Shown piece after piece: positions 1 through 12,043 of a stretch of 64,000 bases of DNA; within the stretch, counting starts at the first letter, position 1, and every line of letters starts with the position of its first letter. The translations under genes were made by a program, and so were the position numbers. The stretch is from positions 8,742,001 to 8,806,000 of the forward strand of contig NC_045138.2 in NCBI RefSeq assembly GCF_008831285.2, read 5' to 3'. The stretch is from Nymphaea colorata (Eukaryota). The notes below the pieces were generated by a model. It saw only the letters and a list, made by a program, of their open reading frames with translations, did not search any database and had not been told where the DNA came from.

Positions 1-534
1 GCAGCGCTTCTTGCTCCTGCCATCGTGGCGAATCCTGCTGGTGCTTCAGCAGCGAAAATATCACCCCTTACTACTCCCCCTTCGATTCCCTCCTGCCCTA
101 GGCCAGGGCTCTTTGTTCGCTTCGGCAAAAGGCCTCAGCGGTCGGGCCTAAGAGCGTATTCTCCTTCTTCTTCTGTCTCTTCTTCTTCGGTGCTGTCGGC
201 GAACGAACGTTCTGCCGAGGTGGAGCAGCAGGCGGAGGAGAAGGAAGAGAAGTTCGATTGGTTCAGCAATTGGTATCCTGTAGCTCCGGTCTGCGACCTT
301 GACAAGAAGGCGCCTCATGCGAAGAAGGTGATGGGCCTTGACGTGGTTGTTTGGTGGGACAGAGCGGAGGGGAAGTGGCAGGTGTTCGATGACCGGTGCC
401 CTCACCGGCTGGCTCCTCTTTCGGAGGGCCGAATTGATCCGAATGGCCGCCTCCAGTGCGTATACCATGGTTGGTGCTTCGATGGCTCTGGCAGCTGCAA
501 GTATATTCCTCAAGCTCCCCAAGATGGACCTCCG
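1..534 (+). CDS. PTC52: Exon 1 (5'-partial): transit-peptide-like region and Rieske domain
   Basis: Open frame ...[10 protein letters not shown]...[14 protein letters not shown]...CVYHGWCF...QDGPP; donor CCG|GTATGT at 535. Confidence 0.93.
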
Positions 535-3500
535 GTATGTATGCATTTAGCTTACAAAATCTCGTTGCAAATATTGGAAAAATAGTTAAAATATCGAAGA
601 ATAGAGTCAAGGCCATAGCAAAAGATGAAACTGATAATTGTAGAAATTTTTAATGTAATTCTTTTTCCGTAATTCTCTTTCGGATGGTTTTATCTTCCTG
701 GCGGTTAAGTTGCTAGATCAGTTCACATGTTCAATTCCTTGTTGCTATATTTACTTGTGATGATTTATATTCATAAATCAGAATGTCTATGATATGATTG
801 AGCCGTCGTTGATAACTTCGCAGGTTCATACTTCCAGAAGAGCGTGTGCATTTGTTTATCCTAGTTTTGAGCAGAACGGTCTCGTGTGGTTTTGGCCAAG
901 CACCGACCCTCAATACAAAGATATTGGAGAGAAGCTGAAACCTCCTCTTCTTCCAAAGGTGGATGATCCATCATATTCGTCATTAATAGCAAGCAGGGAT
1001 ATTCCATATGGGTATGCAATCCACTATTCTGAAATTCTATATTGCAGCTGACAGACTGATTCTCTGATATCTTGTAGATGCATACAATTTTTTGGTATCC
1101 TCAGATATTTTACTGCATACATTTAAAGATATAAGCTATAAAGCTACATCCTGGCATTATCAACTTTTTACGAGAAAAGTGCAGTGAAACAACTAGGCCA
1201 TTAAATGGATATTAAATGCATGCCTGTTCCTCTTTCATATATATGCGAGTAGACTTTAAATAGGCAGAATCATGCATAATTTGATTAGGAGTTGAAATTT
1301 TCAGAAAAAGGATATGGGAATTTTAGTGCATATTAACATACTCTAAATCTGAAACGCCATCAATATGGCAGGGTAGCATGCTACCACTACTGTCAATTGA
1401 TGCTAATGTGCTATCTGTTTCTCTTGTTATTGGTGAGGCACAAATATCCTTTCAGAATCATAGAAATCATAAGCTCTTGTTGGAGATCTAAACCCGTGCA
1501 TCAAAATAGTGTCCTATTTGTATGGAATACACTGTCACATGTTTCAAATAGTAAATATGTTAAATAGAATACAGTAGTAAGAAATTGGTCACAAAATGCA
1601 AATTAAAAAAAAAGTTGCTAACTGGGACCTTAAATATAATAATGTAAGCAATCAATTCATAGCGGTGGTAAAGGGATTCTTGGTGAAATGAAGAGCTGTA
1701 ACCTATGAATTATCCCGAGCAAAAGCGATATGCCTAGGTCATCCCTTGAAAGCATAAACAAAAATGTGCAACTTGTCCATGCTATACAGCAATAATTACG
1801 AATTTGGTAGCTCTTTCTTGCTCTTTACTCTGGAAGTTTGGGTAGTTAACTAGTAGTCAGTTTAGAAGATCTTTAGATCAAGTCCTTCTTAATTGGAGTT
1901 TGGACAGCTTTTGGCATGTCTCTGAATTTTCGCCATTTTCTTGGACTGGAAATGTATTATCCTTTTTGAGAAATTACAGAGGTTTATTTAACTTCTGGAT
2001 TTGGTTTGGCTGCCTTGTCTGTTAAAAATAATCATCCACTGGTTTAGCATTTGATGTGTTTCGTTAATTATCAGAAGGTAATGGGGAATCTTAAATGTTT
2101 CAAAAAGTTCAGCTGAAGTTTCTTTAATTATGTTAGTTTTAACAAATTTGTTTAGTTCTTTTCTTTGAGCATTTTTTGTCAGAATGTTTGTGGTATAGGA
2201 GTTGATGAATGTGGACAAAAGAACCTATTTAGCTCACTTTTGCAGCTAAATGGAACCCAACTGCATCAGTTAGCTAGACTGTAATAATTGGAGTTTCTGA
2301 GTCTGAGGATGGAATGATAAAGCAAGAGGTTGGGGCTAAGAATGCAACTTGAATCTTGGCTTATGGGCTCAATAAATCAACAAATTTTGATATGCTTTGG
2401 TAAATTTCGTAGGTCTACAGGTGCCTGAGATCCTAGAGCAATTGCTTGTTTAGCTAGGAAAATTGGGCCAAATAGCATCATTCAGTATTCAATACTCTTA
2501 ACATGAAAAATAAACACAAGTGAGCAACTCTAATGAAACACAATTAGTTAAGAATATACTTACGTTCAGTAATGCTAATGAGAAATTTGTTGGATATATG
2601 GTTACAGGGGATCTGTAAACAGTTAGCAGGCTCACATTATTAAGTTCCTTGTGTCTTTGATACCTCTCCATGAGTATGGTACCATCAAAAGCATCATGCC
2701 CCCTGGAACCACCTTGCATAACCCCAGTTAGATTGGCTTTAAATGGTTTTCTCAAGTATCTCTCTCTGGCTTTATTGGCAAGGTTTTTCTCAGGTATTTT
2801 TGGCCAATTTGTTTAATTCGGACAAATTTGGGAACTAAAACGTTCAGTAATGTAAAAGAATAATGGCAAATTTTACAGGATTATGAGTTTCCTAATACTT
2901 TTTATAAAATTGTTGAGAAAACTCAAAAAGAGACTTGAAATGTTAAAAGGAAAAAAAGAAAACAAAGGTTTAGAATACATTAAAAATAATTTTTATTTGA
3001 AAAGGAAATATGGAGATATTGTCATATATCATCATAATATCATGATAATATTGTGAGAAATTAATCTTAGCAATAATGTTAAAATATCAAGGTATTTGGT
3101 GTCTTTTCCTTTGCCCTCTATTTGCTGATATTATGGCGATATTTTAAAAAATGTTAGGCATGTACAAATTTTTTAAACTTACTGCTAAAGAAGATATCAC
3201 AAAGCGTTGTGCATACCTGGGGTAGTGGTTAAGGAGAGAGGAGTACCATGTATAATGCGGTCTTTATTCACTGGATTTAGGGGAGACATAAGCTATAATA
3301 GATGTCATTCTTTTCAGGGAGTCAGAAGACATAGGGTTATACTTGCCATATTGAAGCAGAAGAATAAGTCTTACAAAGTGGTGCTTTCAAATATCTAATT
3401 GATGGGAAGTGAGAAGACAGGAGGAAAGAAAACATATTCACTTATGGCATATAAGCACCTCTTCTGATATGGAGCACCAGTTATCCACTTGTTTTGCAGG

Positions 3501-6500
3501 GATTATGCCAGCAGCTGATCCTAAGAACTCTTATCTGTTTGCACGATCTATCACAGGACTTTATCCTCCTTGTTTTGAAAAACTAGTGACATCTTTTTTC
3601 ATTGTGGCTCCCAATATCTTGCTGACCAAAGTTGATCCTTTTGCTATTTCTTAAACCCATATCTAACCCCTCAAGGCTTTGACACGTTTCACTGCAACCA
3701 AATACTAGACCCATTTCTCTGGCTATCTTACTTTTTATATCCCAAGGCAACATGGAAAAATTTATTTTCATAGGTCCTCCATCCTCAGAAAATAATAGAT
3801 ATCACCCTGTTATAAATAGGTCTTCATGTTGTGGACCGTGGTCCATCTTGTACTGGATATCTTTTAATCGATGATTTGGCAAAATGCAGGAACTCAGGTC
3901 AAATTTCATCATTTATTTGTCATAGCGGCACAGTTGTAGTTTTCCACATGCATATGATGATACTTTTATACTGACCTAATATGACACTATGTTCCATTTT
4001 CTGCACCATCAGGTATAGAGCAAAAGGGCATTAGCAATATCAGTGACATGTTTGAAAAGATCCAGACAAGCTGTATTTTCCTGATGATTAAGTGCTTCAT
4101 ATGTTTGACATTATGATTCCTATTTAGCTCCTATCACAATGAATTTAATTTTTCATATGTATGATATATATTACTGTTCCAAAAAATGATTGGCTCTCAA
4201 TATAATCAAGCAAAAACTGGAATGCCAGGTACGAGGTCCTCATTGAAAATCTTATGGATCCAGCTCATGTTCCATATGCACACTATGGAATAATGCGCAC
4301 TGCAAGGAAGCCACCAGATTTTGTGCAAGTATTATCCGTTTCCAGAGTTCTAGTGGAATTATCTTTTCTTAAAATACCCCACTATTTTTTTGTGCTTTAG
4401 GCATGACTACCAACAATAACACAGTAAATTCTTTTTGCATGGGATTTGTTTCTCATCTATTTATGCTGTGAATTACGGGAATATTTTTTTACAGCGTGAC
4501 AGAGAAGGAGGAAGACCATTGGACATAACTGTGAAAACACTTGATGCAGCAGGTTTTGTAGCAACACAAGAGAATGGTTATAGCAAATTTGTAGCACCTT
4601 GTCTGTTTTATGCATTTGCATCATTCGGTTCAAATGCTAAACCTGATCCAGAGGCATGTATTAGCCCATTTTTTAAGTACTTGTCCTTCCGTTGCTAGAA
4701 TAATTCATTAACTGTTTTCCTGTGAAACTTTTGCCTGCTGCCTTCAGGTTGCTGAGGATACGAGTGATCAGAAAAATGTCGTCCTGATTTTCATTTGCGT
4801 GCCAGTAGCTCCTGGTAGAAGCAGATTGATATGGACATTCCCTAGGAACTTTGCTTTATGGACAGATAAAATAGTTCCAAGGTGGATATTTCATATTGGT
4901 CAAAATCTAATTCTAGACTCTGATCTATATCTTCTTCACTTGGAGGTAATGCCATAGATGACAACCATTAACTTCCTGTTCCACTTTTAAATGTATGCTA
5001 ATAAAAATGTTTACTTAAATTTTATCTGATGCAGATAACTAGGAAAACTTTCTCATTCATTATATTCTTTATGCTGATGTTATTTTCAGTTGGTACCTTT
5101 TCCGCTGCTGGTGCTATTTGAATGAATTGACTCTTCTAGTTCGAGTGATAATGTGTTCCCTTTATAGGGCAGCTGGATGGAATTTTTGGGCCATTGTGAA
5201 GCAAGGATAGGGACTGTGGGACCCAAATTGGAAGTGCCTGACAAGTTAATTTTTTCGCCAACACATTTGATGGCTTCAATGTGTGGAAATGCATATCCAT
5301 GAAATAATTTCTCTCGTTGGAGTGTTATATTACACATAAGCTTGCACACGAAGATTTCAACAAAATCATGGATTGGACACAAGTTGGTGAAGGCCCGAAA
5401 ATGACTAGTAAGGATTAGTTGGGACGAATCAGTTTAAGTCGGTTAACTAAAATAAGATCAACAAAAAGAAAAACATAAAAGCACAACCAGAAGCATAGAA
5501 ACAAAAAGAAATATATAGGAAAACAAATGCTTACATGTCCCTCAAACATATATATGAACATATACAAAAGAACATATATAAAAGTGCGGTAGCTATATAT
5601 AAAAGTACATATTTGTTAGTAGACTGTCGGTTAGGGCGGGAGGGAGGAGGGTCGGATCCCCTGTGTAGACCCGTATCCATAGTTACATATACGCTGTTAC
5701 CCTTCGATTAGGATTATGCAAGTTAATGAAAATTACCTTCTCTCACTGTGAGGTAGGTTTCCTGGCCTAACGCTGTGTTGGGAGTGTGCGTGTGTGGGAG
5801 ATTATCTTGTTAATTGCAGGGGACTCGGGCCTACCAGAGCCGCCATGACGAGCAAAGAGGCACTCGCAACCCTGAAAAATATGCGAAAACAAGCGGACAG
5901 CAATCGGCAATTGCTGGTGGGACGTCTGGACGGTGTCGAACGAAACTACGGTGATTTGGGACAACGATTAACAAAGGTAGACACTCGAATGCAAACAATG
6001 ATTTCGGAGATGGCCAGCACGCTGTGCGAGGTGCCCCAGAGGGTCGAGTCCAACAGTTCGCACCAAGGTACATCAAATCAGCAGCATAATCCAGGTATGA
6101 ATTTCCAAAACCATCTCTCATCCGATTCTGCGCCACGCCAGTGGAGAAGCGGTAGGATTCCAGCGTCCGCCTAAAATGGAATTTCCTAGATTTTCTGGCG
6201 AACACCCCCTCAGTTGGGTCGTTAAGGCAGCAGAGTACTTCGATTCTCAAGGAGTGGCAATGGAGAATCGCGTGCGGCATGCCGCTGTTCATTTAGAAGG
6301 GGCTGCCATACGCTGGTATCGTTGGCTGGTGGCTCAACAAGGGAAACTTACAGTTAGGTTTGGCCCATCCGCATAACCGGACTTCAACGTGGAACTATAA
6401 AAAATTAGCCTACATGGCTCAGTGGTCGAATACCAGGTAGGTTCGAGGAATTGAACAACATGGTCCGTGGGTGGCCTGTGCTGACTTGGTCAGCACCTTT

Positions 6501-9500
6501 GTAGGAGGACTGAAAGAAGAGCTGAGGGTAGAAATGCAAGCCACACGTCCACAGACACTGCTGGAAGCCTTTGAGGTGGCAAGAGTGGCAAAGGAGAAAT
6601 TGCCAGGGGTTTCCTTGAGAGAACCCAGACCACTTAAACAGACAGCTGGGAAGACCCACACACCACCAGGGGACCCTGAAGGACAGACGCTGATGCCTAG
6701 AAGGGCCAATGAAGGTAAGACTGTTGTTTAAGAGGTTAAATCAAGAGCAGATTAAAGAAAGGCACCATAAGGGGTTGTGCTTCCAATGTGAGGAGAAGTG
6801 GTCTTTGGGGGACGTATGCAAAAAATTTGCATATGTCTCTGGTGGATGAGAATAATGAAGGGGATGAGGCAGAAGAGGCACTAGCGGAAGGGAACATTGA
6901 GGTAGCAGTTCCCAAAATTTCACTGCATGCTTCCCCAAGTCATGTGCGTTAAGGGGAAGCTTAAGGGCAAAGGATCAATGTGCTAGTGGGCACAGGCTCC
7001 ACCCACAACTTCATTTGTGAAAAAACCGCACGAGCTTGTGGATGTGTCATTGAGGGACAACAGGAATTCAGGGTGGTGGTTGGAGATGAACATTTTCTGT
7101 TGTGTAAGGGACGTTGCTTGAAGTGGTAGTCGAGATTCAAGGTCAGAAATTCGAGCTGGAGTCATACCCCCCCTGGCGATGGGGGAGTTGACTTAGTACT
7201 GGGCATACAATGGTTGAAACAGCTAGGAAGAGTCGAGTGGGAGTTCGATGAAATGAAGATGGTATTCCGAGGGAGAGATGGAGAACCTAGCACTCTATCA
7301 GGCCCGAGTGACGCAGATTTGGGCACTGGCAGCAGGTCAGATGTCTCAAAGTTTGGGAAACAAGGCAACTTACATTTGTTGGTATTATCTCAATATGCTG
7401 AACTGGGCAAAGAAACTGTCATTTTGTGCCCTGGCAGGCTGAATACCTGCAGCCGATTCTGACCCAAAATGCTAAGGTGTTGATGAAGCTGCAGGACTTA
7501 AGAAGACTGAGACAGAGAAGCTTATCAAAGATGTTGAATTAGAAGACTTCAAGTTTTTAGGTGGTCCTTTGCAATATTTAATAATTAGGAGTTCTCTTTA
7601 AATATTTCTCTATTTTTTGGTTGATGTTATTTGTAAGTCTTTACTGCTGCCCTAATATATTTATTATTGAGATTAGGGTTAGTTAATTCAATGATTTTCT
7701 CTCTCTAAGTTTGTTGGCTGGAACATGGTATCAGAGCCGGCGATATCCACCCTTCTCTACCAGCGGCTGACGTGATTTTCTTGGGTCCTCTTCTCCTCTG
7801 ATCTCGCCCATCTCTTTCCACCTCTTTTCTTCCTCTATCCTTCCTTTCTCTCTTCTCTCTGCTGATCAAGAGGTAGTCGAGCAGAGTGGAAGGGGAACCT
7901 AATCACACGTGAGAGGTATGTGTGATTAGGTTCCCAACATGGATGTAGTGGAGCGTGAGCAACTACGTGGGAGTTGCATTGGCAAGTTCTAAGTCAGATC
8001 TGAGTTCATGGAAGAGTGGCTGCACATGGACCATATTCTTATCAGATTTTTTTTGGCTGACTGTGGAAAAGTGATTGCAAGTTGGGTATATTCTTTTCAG
8101 ATTGATTGTCTTTCTTATATGCATATGTGGATTCTAGTAAGCAATGATATGAAGCCTGCTACGTGGGAGTTTGGTGGACTGATTTACTGAACAACAAGTT
8201 CATAGATTTTTTAAGTATTTTTATTGATGCTGAAAAATACTGCTGCCTATATCGTCTCAAGTTGATTGCTGTGATTGGTGGACTGATTTATTGAACAACA
8301 AGTTGATAGATATTTTTTTTAAGGACGCTTATTGATGCTGAAAAAATTTTACTGCCTAAATCCTCTCAAGTTGATTGTTGTGCGCTATACTTTTGATTTT
8401 ATCAAAGTGCGACCAGATTAAGGTCATATTGTCCAATCTCGCAGTATGGCTGATGAAGACAAGACAGAGATGCAGTATGAGCATAAGAACATGAGCAATA
8501 CCTTTTCATATGGCTCTACTGTAAACTTAGATGGATCTAATTATTAGATTTGGTCCCGTGTGTTTATGATGTCTGTGATTGGATATTGGAAGCAACATGT
8601 TATAGAAGAAAATGAGTCTCTGGTGAATAGTGGAAAATATAGTACATGGAAGGAAGATAATAATATTGTCATGTCATGGATTATGAATAGTGTATAACTA
8701 CATATTACCTCTATTTATTATTGAGATTAGGGTTAGTTAATTCAATGATTTTTTCTCTCTAAGTCTGCCAAATAGATGTGAGATTTTTTGAAACATATAT
8801 ACTCTAATGACAAAAATGTTAGCAAGATCTTGTAGGTGGAGGAGGAATTACTTAATTTGCGATAGAGTGATCAAAGTCTTGCTCAATACTTCATTTCGAT
8901 CAAGTCAATCTATGAAAGACTGAAAGTTTTACGCCCTCCATGTCCTACGTGCTGTGAAACTCATGATGAACAATCTATGGTGGCAAAGTTTCTACATGGG
9001 CTCTCTCCCGAATGCGCAGTAGCAAAGACGCGGATGTTGACTGGAGCAAAAATCCCTGACCTAGTTGATGTTTATAGCAGACTCAACCGTCTTGCTGTGA
9101 CCCTTTTTGAGCCTTCTATTGATGCTTATACCTCTGCCTTGGTGGCGTCAGGAGGCCGTGGGGTAGTTTCTCCAAAGGGAAGGGCACAGGCCGAGGATCA
9201 GGAGGATGTTGTGGGAGATTTCATTGCATGTATTATGGAAAAGTAGGACATTTAAAAGACAGATGTTGAGATAAGCATGGTCGTCCTTTCGCTACATCCT
9301 TAGGCAGGTGTGTTGCATCTAAGCAGGGCAAGAATTCATTACAGTTTTTTATTGGATCTGTCTAGGTAGCTTCATTAGTAGTAAACAGGTGTTCGTCTTC
9401 TTCCCATCTTGAGACTGTGACAATGAATATGAACAAGTCAGAATATGAGCAGTTCTTAGCACACAGAACTATGTAGCCGTCGGCCTCCATAGTTATGATA

Positions 9501-11990
9501 GACAGTGCCATGTCTGGCAATACTACTCGACATGATACAGTACTACTTGGATTATCTTGGATTATTGATTCAGGGGCATCGAGACACTTTTATAGTAGAT
9601 CTTCATTGTTTGTCTTGCTCCACACATTACCTCAGGGTCACCATATGAAACTTGCAGACGACAGATGGTCTCGTATTATGGGTTATGGAGATGTTAAGAT
9701 TTTCCAATCTATGACAATTTCTAATGTGTAGTATGCTCCTAAGTTTCCCACTAATCTTTTATTAGTCGAACAATTGACTAATGACTTATACTGTCGTGTT
9801 ACATTTGACTCTGGTTTATGTTCATTTCAGGACTTGCAAACTAAGAAGACAATTGGTGGAGGCTATGAGAAAGAGGGCATCCACATCCTTTTTTATTCTG
9901 TGGGTACTGCAGCCTCCTCGACTTTTTCATTGTCCTCCTCCTTCCAGTGACATTTCAGACTAGGTCATCCATTTGTCTCCAAGCTCCGTCACCTACTTCC
10001 TCATCTATTAGTACCAGAGTCGTTCTAGTGTAAAGTCTGTCAACTTGGCAAACATACCGTAGCAGTTATTCATTAAGTCTTAGTCTATCCAATTGTGGAC
10101 TATTTGATTTTCTTCATGTTGATGTGTGGGTCCTAGTAAAGTTGCTAGTTGGTCTAGATTTCATTATGTCATTGTCATTGGTAATGATTATTCTCGAGTC
10201 ACTTGGGTTTTCCTTTTGAAAGGAAGGTCTGAAGTCATATGTACTCTCGAGAACCTTATTGTTGAAAATAAAAACCCATTTTGGTATTCTTGTTAAAAGC
10301 ATTCACATTGATAATGCACTTGAGTTCAAGACATCTACCTTAATGAAATTTTACTCTGATCATGGCATTTCTCCTCAATTTACTTGTTCTCATACCTCTT
10401 AGCAAAATGGAGTAGCTGAGTAAAAACATCGCCAACTTTTAAATGTAGCATGTTCCCTAATGCTTTATACTCATTTGCTTGTATATTTTTGGGGAGATGC
10501 CATCTTCACTGCCTGTTACTTGACCAACCGTTTATCTTCATCTTCCATTGACAACCCGGTTCTTATTAAACTTGTGTACCCACAATGACTCTTGTTTCGG
10601 ATCGCTCCCAAAATATTTGGTTACACATGCTTTGTTCACATTCTTGGGCTTGTATGTGATAAATTGACTGCTCAAGCAATTAAGTGTATCTTTATTGACT
10701 ACTTTAGATATCATAAAGGTTACAAATGCTTTGACCCTTTGACTCAAAAGGAGGGTGGATGTCACATTCTTTGAGTCTCAACCTTTTTATAGTCCCTCTC
10801 CTTCCTCTATTGAAATGCCACGATCATCTGACCCACTGTCTTTCCCTCCCATTCAATTGGAGTCATTCTAATGTGAGTCTCTTTTTAGTGAGTCTCCTTC
10901 TAGTGTTTCCAAGTTTCGTGATCCTTCGCTGGTTTCCATACGTCGACAGTACCCCTCTCATGATCATTTTCAACTTCTGCTCAGGAGGTAAGTACATTTG
11001 AGGTGAGAATACCTAGTCCATCTGAAGCCACTATAGATATATTTGATTCCTGTTGGGACTTCCCTATTGGAGTACTCCAGAAAAATGAGGTTTTGTTTTG
11101 AAATATGAAAGAAAGAGACTCGCCCGTCGATATGTGGATCGACCGTTCTTGGCACCTTTACTGGGGGTAATCAACCCAAGGGCTATGTTTATCATTGATG
11201 CATTTCGTTTTAACTTAAACATCTTTTTTATTCTATATGTGCTGTAGAAGAATATTGAAAGTTTGATGTTTCAAACTTTTGAAAAGATTCTTAAAGAGTT
11301 GCTTGAGAATGTGAAAAATTTTGGGGAAAACTAGAAGGAAATTCTTATAAATATCATTCGAAAAGCTTGAAAAATCATTTTGAAATCATTTTAGTGTTCT
11401 CTTAAGACTTTAATAGGTTTGAGATTTTGCTCTAATTCGATTACCACTTAGTTAGAGTTTCATCTCATCTTGCTTAAGTTCTTTTAGAGATGTGATTGTG
11501 TTCATTTGTAATATTAAGTGAATGTGAATGCATGAATGCATTGATCCTATATGATTAAAAGATAATAAGACATTCCTACCATGACATTCATCTAGATGCA
11601 TTCCTACCATAACATACATCTAAGATTTTTGTTTTATAATTATTATATATATAAAAAAGAAAAGTTTTTGAAAATGAATTGGGGTTGTAGACCATCAAGT
11701 ATGATTCCAATATTGGGTCATTACTTGGTTTGTGGTCTTGATGAAGTCAGCAAATGAAAAATTAAAATCTTAAATGATAAGAGTAAGACATTGAAAGAAT
11801 AGAAAAGATGAAAGACTACATCCCAAGAGAGATATAGAGAAAGAAAGAGATCTTAAAAATCATAAAATCAAATATTTTAAAAGAGAGAGATATATATTCG
11901 TATACATATATGAAAGCTTACGAAAATGATATTTAGTTCAAGTAGAGAGGAAAAGATCATTTTAGAAAGAGAGAGAAATTTTAAAATGAA

Positions 11991-12043
<53 letters not shown>

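Noticed and set aside
25..585. 186-aa ORF starting at GTG 25 as a complete protein
   Set aside because: The frame is open upstream to base 1 and the tail after 534 is intron read-through; this is exon 1 of a spliced gene
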